A DNA stretch of 52,175 nt from an uncultured Lachnospiraceae bacterium (GTDB taxonomy: Bacteria > Bacillota > Clostridia > Oscillospirales > CAG-272): contig CAZHPZ010000004.1 of assembly GCA_964534905.1 (NCBI GenBank), positions 1-52,175 on the forward strand, in the 5' to 3' direction. Position 1 is the stretch's first letter. Every line of letters begins with the position of its first letter. A program made the position numbers and the translations under genes. This document shows positions 18,750-28,247 of the stretch, piece by piece. Below the pieces are notes generated by a model. It was not told where the DNA came from. It saw only the letters and a program-made list of their open reading frames with translations, and did not search any database.

Positions 18750-19427
18750 TTATCTTTTTAAGCTTTTCAAATACATTTTTCGCTCGGTGCTTATTTTATT
18801 GCTTTCCAAAGCCTTTTGTATAGCTTTGTTATGAGTCCATATGTCCGAAATTAAATTATGTTCAATAAATTCAAGTGCCTTTTCGTATTGCATCGAAAGT
18901 GCGGTTGCAAAATACCAAGCAACAGCCATTTTTATATAATAGTTATCGGAATTAACCTCGGATACAAGAACAAAATGGTCATCTGAAAAATAATCGTCTA
19001 AAAAATGGACCATAAGCATCTCTATTGCAAATCTTACCGTATATGTATCTTCACTTTTGATCCACTTGCGTATTTTCTCCGATAATTCATCCTTGTGCTT
19101 TTTAAAGCATTTAGGTCTCAAAGAATCGCATACAGACCAATTATCGATGTATGGCAAAAATTTTTCAAGCTTATTTATGCATTCATCAAAATCGAAAATT
19201 TGTGCGATTATAAACGAATGCAGATGATCTTCTTCAAGATATTTGTGAGGCAACGTACCTATAAATTCGCTTTCGATATTATTCTTCACCATTTCATCGG
19301 CTATGGCTTTAATTAACGGCAAACGAACGCCTATAATGCGTTCGGAATCGATATTGGGAATGAGTTTTTTTTCAAAGTCCCTGTATTTTAAATCCTGAAT
19401 TGCAAAAAGGCGTTCGCTGACAGTCAT
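18750..19427 (-). CDS. DNA alkylation repair protein (AlkD-like HEAT repeat)
   Basis: IGVRLP, FLPYIDNWSVCD, YYIKMAVAWYFATAL and HNKAIQKALES; ATG 19427 follows AGGAG. Confidence 0.9.
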   Translation of the reverse strand: MTVSERLFAIQDLKYRDFEKKLIPNIDSERIIGVRLPLIKAIADEMVKNNIESEFIGTLPHKYLEEDHLHSFIIAQIFDFDECINKLEKFLPYIDNWSVCDSLRPKCFKKHKDELSEKIRKWIKSEDTYTVRFAIEMLMVHFLDDYFSDDHFVLVSEVNSDNYYIKMAVAWYFATALSMQYEKALEFIEHNLISDIWTHNKAIQKALESNKISTERKMYLKSLKR

Positions 19428-19435
19428 ATTAACTC

Positions 19436-19975
19436 CTAAATTTTTTTGGTTAGTTTTTTCAGAGCCTCTGATACCGGATAAATAAGCAATCCTGCTGCAA
19501 AATTTCCCGCTGCATGTACCGCATCCCAAGGAAGTCCTGATATTATCCAGGCAATCGTTTGCTTAAATGTAAACCCGTACATTAATGCCTGTGCCGGAGC
19601 ATATAGGGCTCCGAAGGCAAGTCCGTGCAGTGCACAAATAACGGGATATACAACACAAGCAACCTTTCGTGGCATATTTTTCGGCAAAAACATGGTTACA
19701 GCCCATAAAATTGTCCAAAGATAAAGATATGGTATCCACCACGCATTAAAGCCGGCATACAACCCGTTAAGTAGAACATAGACATATATCGGAACCAATG
19801 CTTTTTTTCTGAAAACTATAGTATAGGTAATCGTCAACATTCCGAGCAGGTGAACGTTTGGCAAGCCTTCCATAACTATTTTAGAAACGAACATTAATGT
19901 TCCGAGTATGGCAAAAACGCATATTTCCTTTATAGAAAGATGCTTATGCTTTTTATTTTGTGTAGACAAGCTCAA
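19436..19975 (-). CDS. ECF transporter S component, probably cobalamin-specific (CbrT/CblT-like)
   Basis: About 6 TMs; LPNV, YVYVLLNGLYAGF and GLPWDAVHAAGNF; lies downstream of the B12 riboswitch. Start estimated at TTG 19975. Confidence 0.78.
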   Translation of the reverse strand: MSLSTQNKKHKHLSIKEICVFAILGTLMFVSKIVMEGLPNVHLLGMLTITYTIVFRKKALVPIYVYVLLNGLYAGFNAWWIPYLYLWTILWAVTMFLPKNMPRKVACVVYPVICALHGLAFGALYAPAQALMYGFTFKQTIAWIISGLPWDAVHAAGNFAAGLLIYPVSEALKKLTKKI

Positions 19976-20417
19976 AATGCTCTCCACCGGATATCTCGGT
20001 TCCGTCAACACCTGTCATCATATATTCTCCGTCTTTGAAAAATCCCCAATAGCTCTGGTCAATATCATAGTCGGCAAGTATACCGTTTACAGTTTTAACA
20101 TAAAGACCGTATGCGCTTTCTTCACCTGCAATAAGATCGTGTGCAAGAAGCGCCTCTCCGAGGGTTTCCGCATCGGTATGGATTGTGAATGTTACAGAAT
20201 GACTTTCATATTTTACTTCAACCTGAACGGTTTTAGCACCCTCACCGAATGCTTTGTTTTCCTTATACGTTGCGCTATCCCAAGGAGTAGTTACGTTTGT
20301 GTCGGAATCGTCGGGTGATGTCGTAGTGTTACCCGTAAAGAGATCGCAAGCAGAAAGTGCGAATACGAGGAGCAATGCCATAAGCAATGCAATTTTTGTG
20401 ATAATTGTCTTTTTCAT
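19953..20417 (-). CDS. DUF4430 (transcobalamin C-terminal-like) lipoprotein
   Basis: Lipobox LSAC; GLYVKTVNG, YWGFFKDGEYMMTGVD and FELVY; ATG 20417. Confidence 0.82.
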   Translation of the reverse strand: MKKTIITKIALLMALLLVFALSACDLFTGNTTTSPDDSDTNVTTPWDSATYKENKAFGEGAKTVQVEVKYESHSVTFTIHTDAETLGEALLAHDLIAGEESAYGLYVKTVNGILADYDIDQSYWGFFKDGEYMMTGVDGTEISGGEHFELVYTK

Positions 20418-20480
20418 TTTTTTAATCCTTTCATTTTTCAAAAGGATAAAATAAAAGCGCGTCTTCTGTGATGCGCACGA

Positions 20481-20505
20481 AAAAAGAGTACCCTGCCATA
20501 CTCTC
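20481..20505 (-). terminator. Terminator in the riboswitch expression platform
   Basis: Minus strand GAGAGTATGGCAGGGTACTCTTTTT; a second hairpin with a T run (GCGCATCACAGAAGACGCGCTTTT) follows. Confidence 0.55.
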
Positions 20506-20546
20506 ACGCCGCCTCTCCTCTTTGCCCAAGAACGCTTTTACGTGTC

Positions 20547-20683
20547 ACAGAGCGATAAGCATTCCGACTTGTGCTTTTTTGCAATTACGGTAATGGCTGT
20601 TGCTACGGATTTGCACCGTGATTTCCTTATCCCCGAAAGCAAATTATGCTCCCGACAACGAATGTAAAATTCAGATGCTCTGC
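20547..20683 (-). ncRNA. Cobalamin riboswitch
   Basis: Minus strand AAGGAAATCACGGTGCAAATCCGTAGCAACAGCCATTACCGTAA...AAGTCGGAATGC (T-loop and B12-box elements); closing stem GCAGAGC/GCTCTGT; promoter TTGCAA-17-TACCAT at 20733-20705. Confidence 0.88.
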
Positions 20684-21150
20684 GTTTATTCCTTTGTTAT
20701 ATCTATGGTACCACAAAACAATAATTTTTGCAAGATAAAAATCGAATTTTTATAACATTGTATTGCAGTTATCCATTTTGTTTGGCTGTGTCTTTGCTTT
20801 TTTGACATTAAAATATAGATAATTTCTTATTGCCGATATTAATCTCCGCAAGATAAATAGCCCGTCCCGCAAGCGCTATTGTTAAATAAATGTCAATTTT
20901 CTTTGCATTTATAGCCGATTTTATATCGTTTTGTTCATCTTGCACAAATCTTATATTGATTTTTTTACATAGATAAACATAATTTGTTTTTGATATCAAA
21001 AAAACAAAGACAAGTAAATTTTCCTATCAAAAAAATCAAGGACAGCATTTCAAGATTATTATAAAATAAACGTGCAAAGTGGGTTTTTATCGTCACAAAT
21101 GTATTTTGAAGCGATTGCCACTTTCAATAAACAATATAAACGGAATTATT

Positions 21151-21750
21151 ATGAAGCAAATATCTTTTAAACAATATCGTAAAATTGACATTGCGATTTT
21201 ATGCATATTAACCGCGATCTTTGAGGGTATTGCGACATTTGCGGCGGGATATAAGGTTTGGTCAGCTCAACCGCTCGCCGTATCAATTACGCTTACTATG
21301 GTCTGCATAGCAATGCTGCGATGGAGCGAGCTTGCGCTTATTCCCTCTTTAGTCGGAGCCGTCACCTATTGCGTGGTATCGGGAGGCACCCTGAAACAAT
21401 ATATAATTTATATTTCAGGCGGTCTTTTTTGTTTGCTTGCTGTACCGGTTTTGAAAAAGCTTGGTAAAGACAGGGTCAGACTTGATTTCTTTAGGCGTCT
21501 TGTATTTGTCACGACGGTTTATACGGCTATTGAGCTTGGAAGATGGCTTACATCACTTTTCTTTGAGTTAAGTCTTTCCTCACTCACAGCATTTATGTTC
21601 TCGCCCACAGAGCTTCTCTCATTGCTTTTTGCGGTTATTGTTGTTTCTTTGGCCAAAAACGCCGATGGTCTTATTGAGGATCAGAAATCATACTTGTTAA
21701 GACTTGACAAAGAAAAGCGTGAAGAACAAGCGGCAAATGAAAATGATTAG
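21151..21750 (+). CDS. Uncharacterised membrane protein (~6 TM), first gene of the pectin locus
   Basis: Hydrophobic ORF 48 bp upstream of the first permease; ATG 21151 (ORF track starts at 21079). Confidence 0.75.
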   Translation: MKQISFKQYRKIDIAILCILTAIFEGIATFAAGYKVWSAQPLAVSITLTMVCIAMLRWSELALIPSLVGAVTYCVVSGGTLKQYIIYISGGLFCLLAVPVLKKLGKDRVRLDFFRRLVFVTTVYTAIELGRWLTSLFFELSLSSLTAFMFSPTELLSLLFAVIVVSLAKNADGLIEDQKSYLLRLDKEKREEQAANEND

Positions 21751-21798
21751 TTTTAGATTTTATCTACATTATATACAAATTACCGAATGGAGATTTTT

Positions 21799-22860
21799 AT
21801 GAAATCAAAAGCAGTTGATTATCTCGTCTATGACGAACAAACAGGAAAATACAGAGAGGATCCTGAGCAAGTGGTCAGAGACGATGTCGAAAAGCACAAA
21901 TGGAAGCACATCGGCTTGACTATACTTAAGGACTGGCGTCTTTATCTCATGCTCGTTCCTATGATATTGGTATTCTTCTTTTGGAGATATATGCCTATGT
22001 ACGAGCTTCTCGGATCATTCAAGCTTTATGATGCGGTAAAAGATGTTTCCGATCAGTTTTATGTAGGATTTGCGTATTTCAAGCAGTTATTTGCCGGCAC
22101 CACGTCCCTTTCGATGGAATTTTGGAGAGCGTTCAGAAATACGTTCCTTCTCAGCTTTTACGGTCTTTGCTTCGGCTTCCCTATGCCGATAATTATTGCT
22201 CTCTTCTTTAACGAGATTAAATCGAATATTGCACGAAGCATTTATCAGGTTCTTACATATTTGCCCAAGTTTATGTCAACTGTTGTTATGACATCTCTTG
22301 TAACGATGCTTGTTCGTTCTTCGTCTTCCATAGCCGGAATCGAGATGGGCGTTATTTCTAAGCTTCTTGTTTCAATCGGTGCGATTTCCGAAGAGGTTGG
22401 CAATGCGGGACTTTTAAAGCAGCCTGAATTTTTCAGAGCTATTTATCAGATAAGCGGTATATGGGAAACAGCAGGATATGACTCTATTGTGTTCTTCGCC
22501 GCAATAATCGCAATTTCACCCACAAGTTACGAAGCGGCGCAGATCGACGGCGCCAATAAGTGGGCACAAATGAGATACGTTGTTCTTCCGAGCATTCTTT
22601 CAACTGTCGTAATTATGCTCATCACAAGAATAGGCTCTCTTCTTAATGTCGGATACGAAAAGGTTCTTTTGCTTTATAATACCGATACTTACGTTACGGC
22701 AGACGTCGTTTCGACATTTGCTCAAAGATACGGTCTCGGTTCTTCCGGAATGATCGGTATAGCTTCCGCGGCAGAGATGATTAACAACGTTGTCGGAATG
22801 CTGCTTGTTATCGGTGCTAACGCAATCGCACGTAAAGCATCGGATGTTTCACTTTACTAA
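21799..22860 (+). CDS. Carbohydrate ABC permease (LplB-like)
   Basis: RAFRNT, YLPKFMS and the EAA loop YEAAQIDGANKWAQMRYVVLP. Confidence 0.93.
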   Translation: MKSKAVDYLVYDEQTGKYREDPEQVVRDDVEKHKWKHIGLTILKDWRLYLMLVPMILVFFFWRYMPMYELLGSFKLYDAVKDVSDQFYVGFAYFKQLFAGTTSLSMEFWRAFRNTFLLSFYGLCFGFPMPIIIALFFNEIKSNIARSIYQVLTYLPKFMSTVVMTSLVTMLVRSSSSIAGIEMGVISKLLVSIGAISEEVGNAGLLKQPEFFRAIYQISGIWETAGYDSIVFFAAIIAISPTSYEAAQIDGANKWAQMRYVVLPSILSTVVIMLITRIGSLLNVGYEKVLLLYNTDTYVTADVVSTFAQRYGLGSSGMIGIASAAEMINNVVGMLLVIGANAIARKASDVSLY

Positions 22861-22875
22861 GGAGGTGGCAGAGCT

Positions 22876-23766
22876 ATGAAAAGAAAACTTGAAATATCGG
22901 AGCTTATATTCAAAATAATAAGCTATGCTTTTCTTACCGTATTTGCACTTTGCTGTCTCTACCCCTTTGTTTATGCCGTTGCATCTTCGATAAGCGGACG
23001 TGAGGCGGTTGAATATGGTCAGATAATTCTCTTTCCCAAGGATATACAGTTTGATGCGTTTGCTAAAATGTTTACTGACAATAACTTTTGGAACGCATAT
23101 ACAAATACACTCTTTATTACATTCTACGGTACCCTGTGGTCTATGGGCGTTGCAATTCTCGGAGCCTATGCTCTTTCCAAGAAGAGATTGCTTTTCAGAA
23201 AAGGCTTTAATTTCTTCCTTGTGTTTACTATGTGGTTTTCGGCGGGTATTGTGCCGCAGTACATTAATTATCTTAACACAAAAGAGGTATTTGAGACAAT
23301 CGGAATTACAGACGTTAAATGGCTCATTGTTATCGCAATGGGTATGGCGGCAATGAACATAATTCTTCTTCGTAATGCATTCGAGGGTGTTCCCGGTGAG
23401 ATAGAGGAAGCCGCTATTGTAGACGGCGCAAGTGAATTCCAGGTGCTTACAAATGTTTATATTCCTATGAGCAAATCTACAATTGCAACCGTTGCTCTTC
23501 TTTTCGGAATTTCACGTTGGAACGGATATTTCTGGGCACGCCAGATGATCACAAACTCCAACGAGCAGCCTCTTCAGGTATTTATTCGTAAATATCTTGA
23601 AAACTATCAGGACCCCGAGGTTATGGCGGGTTGGAACGAAAGCTATGCATCCGACTCCGTGATCTATGCTCTTATCGTTTGCTCGGTTATTCCGATTCTC
23701 ATCATTTATCCCTTTATTCAGAAATATTTCGCAAAGGGCGTAAATATGGGCGGCGTAAAGGAATAA
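22876..23766 (+). CDS. Carbohydrate ABC permease (LplC/MalG-like)
   Basis: EIEEAAIVDGASEF, ISRWN and YPFIQKYFAKGVNMGGVKE. Confidence 0.93.
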   Translation: MKRKLEISELIFKIISYAFLTVFALCCLYPFVYAVASSISGREAVEYGQIILFPKDIQFDAFAKMFTDNNFWNAYTNTLFITFYGTLWSMGVAILGAYALSKKRLLFRKGFNFFLVFTMWFSAGIVPQYINYLNTKEVFETIGITDVKWLIVIAMGMAAMNIILLRNAFEGVPGEIEEAAIVDGASEFQVLTNVYIPMSKSTIATVALLFGISRWNGYFWARQMITNSNEQPLQVFIRKYLENYQDPEVMAGWNESYASDSVIYALIVCSVIPILIIYPFIQKYFAKGVNMGGVKE

Positions 23767-23838
23767 GATCAATAGTTTAGGTTATTATCGGGGTATTTCC
23801 CGTAGTAATAAATAAAAAATATTTTGGAGGAAAAACTG

Positions 23839-25959
23839 ATGAAAAAGTTTTTATCACTCGCTTTGGTATTCGTGATGATGCTCAGCTTGGTAGCTTGCCC
23901 GTCACCGGTAGAAGATCCTACTGAAGATCCTAAATTCGATCTTGAATACGAGCCCGGCACAGAACTTAGAATGGCTGCCGGTTACAATAAGACAACAACC
24001 GCCATTTCCTTCCACGCAGATATCGGAATCGGTGAAGAAGGTATCACTCTTGCTGACGGCACCACATATTACACAGGTGACCTTAAGCCCACTTGGAAAA
24101 AACTTCAGGAAATTCTCGGTGTAGAATTTGTTGATAAGTTTACAGGTGCAGGCTCTGCAGAAAAAGAGTACAAGGTATGGAATGAAAAACTCAATGAAGT
24201 AGACATAGTATCAGGTACTGCTTCTCAGCTTTCCGAAAACGGTACTGCCGGCAAGCTTGTAAACATTGCCGAGTATCTTGATCATATGCCTAACTTCAAG
24301 GCATATCTTGATGCAAACCCCATCGTTCGTCTTTCTATCACATCCGACACCGCAACAGGCGCTATCTATTTTGCTCCCTACTTTGACGGTGTAAATGATA
24401 TTGAGCGTATGCCTCTTATGAGAACCGACTGGGTTGAAAAGCTTCTTAACGGAGAGGGTGAATTCACCGCTACAAAGTCTAACAACCTTTCCAACGCTTC
24501 CTACACTCCCTATATGCCTACAAGCGGCAAGGTAACAGTTGACGCTGTTAACAAAGCAGGCACAGAAGTTATTTCTCTTACTAAGGATTATGACAAAGCA
24601 GGCAATATAGTTAAAACTATGAATGACGCGCTTGCTGCAGGCACAGTTACAGGCGTTGAAGCGGTTAATATGCTTCGTGACTACATTGATAAGGCTTATA
24701 ACGGATACTACGGCACAAACAGAGCCGATCTCTTTATCGGTCAGGATGCTGCTTGGGACGCAGACGAGCTCGTTGCTCTTCTTCGTTGCGTAGTTGCTAA
24801 CCCTCAGACTCTTAACGGAACAGATAAGGTTGCAGGTCTTTTCTCAAGAGAAGATGACAACAACCAGAGAAGAGTTGATATGTTCAGATTTGCAGGCACT
24901 CTCTTTGGAGTTCGTGGCCTTGAATCTCGTCAGGATTACCTCTATGTAGGTAACGACGGTTTTCTTCACGACGCTCGTCAGGAAGAAAGCACTTATGTTG
25001 CACTTGAGAGAATGAACGCTATGGTAAAAGAAGGACTTATCTCCACATCTTTCGTAAACGGTGAAGATACAGACTCCGGTGTTATGCTTAAGACAGATGC
25101 AGGCTTTATGCATTATGACTATAACCAGACACAGACAATCTACAATGAAACAAAGCTTGACGATGGCGAAAAGTATATGGCTGTTATGGTTCCCGTTGCA
25201 CGTTGGAACGACGGAACAGGCGAGCAGTATATGAGATTTACAGAATCTTGGAGATCTGTTAAGACCGACGGTATCGGTATTTCTCTTGCAGGTGTTGGAA
25301 ACGACACAAATAAGCTTCACGCAGCTCTTGCTCTTATTGATTACGCATACAGCGAAAAGGGACAGATTCTTATGTCCTACGGTCCTGATGATTTCATCAA
25401 GACAAACTCTGACGGCTCTTATGTAACATTCAACTTCAACGGTAAGGAAATGCCCGTTATCTCCGATGAGACATACGAGGACCTTTGGGAGCTTGCAAGC
25501 GGTAACTACACTAACTTCGCACGTTACTATCTCGGTTCTACTCTTTTCTTCGTAAAGAGCCAGGCATTTGAATATCAGTGCACACACGTAGTCGGTAAGG
25601 AAGGCGCAGGTCACATTTCTACAGCTATCGGTCTCGGAACAATCAAGCACCCTGAACTTGCTATTACAGAGAATCCTTGGTACACTATTGTTCCTACCAC
25701 CCTGCCCACTACTACAACAGAAAACGATATGATTACAAGTTATACACAGCTTGGTTCAAGCGGAAAATTCTCATCCTCTAAGGGTGGTTCTAACCTTCTT
25801 GTTGATCTTATCGCAAAGGGATATTCCGGAGAAGGAACATCTAACCGTGCAGACCTTCTTAATACAATTAAGACAACATGGAACGGTTCTCAGTATCTTG
25901 AAATAAAGAACGACGCTTGGGCAAGACTTCAGTCTTACTACGCAACTCTTACAAAATAA
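23839..25959 (+). CDS. ABC solute-binding lipoprotein (706 aa)
   Basis: GGAGG RBS, signal peptide with lipobox LVAC, LDHMPNFKAYL, GAIYFAP and MRTDWVEKL family-1 SBP motifs; strongly biased codon usage. Confidence 0.9.
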   Translation: MKKFLSLALVFVMMLSLVACPSPVEDPTEDPKFDLEYEPGTELRMAAGYNKTTTAISFHADIGIGEEGITLADGTTYYTGDLKPTWKKLQEILGVEFVDKFTGAGSAEKEYKVWNEKLNEVDIVSGTASQLSENGTAGKLVNIAEYLDHMPNFKAYLDANPIVRLSITSDTATGAIYFAPYFDGVNDIERMPLMRTDWVEKLLNGEGEFTATKSNNLSNASYTPYMPTSGKVTVDAVNKAGTEVISLTKDYDKAGNIVKTMNDALAAGTVTGVEAVNMLRDYIDKAYNGYYGTNRADLFIGQDAAWDADELVALLRCVVANPQTLNGTDKVAGLFSREDDNNQRRVDMFRFAGTLFGVRGLESRQDYLYVGNDGFLHDARQEESTYVALERMNAMVKEGLISTSFVNGEDTDSGVMLKTDAGFMHYDYNQTQTIYNETKLDDGEKYMAVMVPVARWNDGTGEQYMRFTESWRSVKTDGIGISLAGVGNDTNKLHAALALIDYAYSEKGQILMSYGPDDFIKTNSDGSYVTFNFNGKEMPVISDETYEDLWELASGNYTNFARYYLGSTLFFVKSQAFEYQCTHVVGKEGAGHISTAIGLGTIKHPELAITENPWYTIVPTTLPTTTTENDMITSYTQLGSSGKFSSSKGGSNLLVDLIAKGYSGEGTSNRADLLNTIKTTWNGSQYLEIKNDAWARLQSYYATLTK

Positions 25960-25976
25960 TTCTTTGATTATTTAAT

Positions 25977-26004
25977 GCTTCAGAGGGGGATTCCCCTCTG
26001 AAGC
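25977..26004 (+). promoter_or_regulatory. GC-rich stem-loop without a U tract after the SBP gene (probable mRNA stabiliser or attenuator)
   Basis: GCTTCAGAGGGG-GATT-CCCCTCTGAAGC, followed by TAACCAT. Confidence 0.65.
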
Positions 26005-26056
26005 TAACCATCACTAAACTCTCATAACGTCGCTGTTGCGACAGAATGGATATACT

Positions 26057-26653
26057 ATGTACAGAAAACAAATGAAATTTCAAAAGCTGATCTGCTTTGC
26101 TTTGCTTGCAGCCTCCGCTCTTGTATTTGTATACTCTCTCGGTCTTGTAACCGATCTTTACGATGCGTTTTACTTCACTATGAGAGATCCCAATAATATT
26201 AACAACACAAAAGTTGAGGGCTCACAAATTTATTATCATATTCAGCCCTTTAACTCTTCCCTTACCACAGCATCTATCGTGCTTATCGGATGTTGTATTC
26301 TTTTGTTTATCACAAGTACAAACTCACGCAGAAAATATTATCTTGCTAATTACATATCGGTCGGCATTTCAGCTATTGCGAATATTGTCGTTTCCGTTTG
26401 GGCTATTATAAATATTCTTAAATACAGACATCAATTTCTTACAACTGTTGATTTTGAGGCGTTGAAAGCATATTCCGAGAAATGGGGTACTCTCTATACC
26501 GAATCTACGTTCTGGTTTGATATCGCTTTTGTTGTATTCGGACTTTTGCTCGTTGCTACCGCTCTCTCAATATTTAATTTAATTTGGAAAACAAAGCTGA
26601 TGAAAGAGGAAAAAGAACTCATTTCCGAGGGATTGGAGGACGCTAACGTATGA
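26057..26653 (+). CDS. Uncharacterised 4-TM membrane protein
   Basis: Four hydrophobic segments; ATGA overlap with the next gene. Confidence 0.8.
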   Translation: MYRKQMKFQKLICFALLAASALVFVYSLGLVTDLYDAFYFTMRDPNNINNTKVEGSQIYYHIQPFNSSLTTASIVLIGCCILLFITSTNSRRKYYLANYISVGISAIANIVVSVWAIINILKYRHQFLTTVDFEALKAYSEKWGTLYTESTFWFDIAFVVFGLLLVATALSIFNLIWKTKLMKEEKELISEGLEDANV

Positions 26654-27132
26654 CAACGAATATCGATATCAAAAAAGACCGTTTGCGTTATACAAAAAAC
26701 ACTACTTCCGCTTCCCTTGCCTATATAGCAATTCTTTTTAATGTTCTATATTTCGTCAGCATTTACCATAAAGACGTCGGTAATTTTTATTACTCTATAA
26801 CTATCGGTATCTCCGTTATTTGTAATCTTCTATTCCTGCTTTCTGCTTTCCTTTGCTCGGAGGGTGTTAAGGGATATAAAATGGGATATTCGATTGCATT
26901 TATTCCTTTGGGAATTTTTCAGATAGTCAGAATCTTCGGAATTCCGTCCGACGCTCATAGCTCTATCATTCATCTTGACGGCGTTGATACGCAGGTTATG
27001 GGTGATAAGCAGTTCTATTGGGTTTGCATCTGTCTTATTATATCGGCAATTTCGTGCTTCATAGCTGCGGCCATCGGTATTTATAAAACCAAGATGCTTC
27101 ATGACTACGAGCAACAGATTGCAAATCAGTAA
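26650..27132 (+). CDS. Uncharacterised 4-TM membrane protein
   Basis: GGAGG RBS and four hydrophobic segments. Confidence 0.8.
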   Translation: MTTNIDIKKDRLRYTKNTTSASLAYIAILFNVLYFVSIYHKDVGNFYYSITIGISVICNLLFLLSAFLCSEGVKGYKMGYSIAFIPLGIFQIVRIFGIPSDAHSSIIHLDGVDTQVMGDKQFYWVCICLIISAISCFIAAAIGIYKTKMLHDYEQQIANQ

Positions 27133-27170
27133 TTAACTATCAAACACTCCATAAAGAAAGGCGTGCATCT

Positions 27171-28235
27171 ATGGCTTCATTAAGCTTAAAGAATATAAAT
27201 AAAATATACGATAATAACGTTCAAGCTGTTTTTGATTTTAATCTTGATGTAAAAGACGGCGAGTTTATCGTTTTGGTAGGTCCCTCCGGTTGCGGAAAAT
27301 CGACAACGCTTCGTATGATAGCTGGTCTTGAGGATATTACCTCCGGTTCCCTTATTATAGACGGCAAGGATGTCACTAAGCTCCCGGCTAAGGACAGAGA
27401 TATTGCTATGGTATTCCAGAACTATGCGCTTTATGCTCATATGACTGTTTATGAAAATATGGCATTTTCTCTTACTCTCCGCAAAGAAAATCCCAATATC
27501 ATACACGAAAAGGTACTTGCAGCCGCTGAAATTCTCGGTCTTACCGATCAGCTTAACAAGAAGCCCAAGCAGCTTTCCGGCGGTCAGCGTCAAAGAGTTG
27601 CCATGGGGCGTGCTATTGTTCGTACTCCTAAGGTATTCCTTTTTGATGAACCCCTCTCTAACCTTGACGCTAAGCTCAGAGGTGCTACACGCCGTGAGAT
27701 ACTTCTTCTTCACAAAAGACTCGGAACTACTATGCTCTATGTAACTCACGACCAAACCGAGGCTTTGACACTTGCGGACAGAATCGTTTGTATGTCTATG
27801 GGATACGTTCAGCAGATAGGAACTCCGCTTGAACTTTATGATACACCCGCAAATGTTTTTGTAGCAAGCTTTATAGGTCTTCCTCCCATGAACTTCTTTG
27901 AGGGAAAGATCGAAAACGGACATTTCGTATCATCAGCATTTTCCGCTCCCTTGTCTGACGAGCAAAAATCTATTCTTTTCCCCTATGAGGGCAAGGATAT
28001 TATTCTCGGTGCAAGACCCGAAAATATTGTTGAAGATGAGAACGGATATATTACAATAGATGTAACCGCTAATGAAAATCTCGGTCACAATACATTAGTG
28101 CATGGACATGTAAACGGACACAGAATCACGGCTAAATTCCGCGAATGGTGTTCTTATAAAAGAGGCGATGCTGTTAAGGCTTCTATCAATCGTATGCACT
28201 TCTTTGATAAAGAAACTACTAACGCAATCAGATAA
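27171..28235 (+). CDS. Sugar ABC ATPase (MalK/MsmX/UgpC family), copy 1
   Basis: GPSGCGKST, LSGGQRQR, FLFDEPLSNLDAK and YVTHDQ; C-terminal TOBE-like region. Confidence 0.96.
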   Translation: MASLSLKNINKIYDNNVQAVFDFNLDVKDGEFIVLVGPSGCGKSTTLRMIAGLEDITSGSLIIDGKDVTKLPAKDRDIAMVFQNYALYAHMTVYENMAFSLTLRKENPNIIHEKVLAAAEILGLTDQLNKKPKQLSGGQRQRVAMGRAIVRTPKVFLFDEPLSNLDAKLRGATRREILLLHKRLGTTMLYVTHDQTEALTLADRIVCMSMGYVQQIGTPLELYDTPANVFVASFIGLPPMNFFEGKIENGHFVSSAFSAPLSDEQKSILFPYEGKDIILGARPENIVEDENGYITIDVTANENLGHNTLVHGHVNGHRITAKFREWCSYKRGDAVKASINRMHFFDKETTNAIR

Positions 28236-28247
28236 AAGGATAACGGT

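Noticed and set aside
24844-25650. 268-aa antisense ORF, and similar ones at 7692-8390, 27186-27923, 38313-38855 and 40452-41021
   Set aside because: These are shadows of strongly codon-biased sense genes, with no recognisable motifs.
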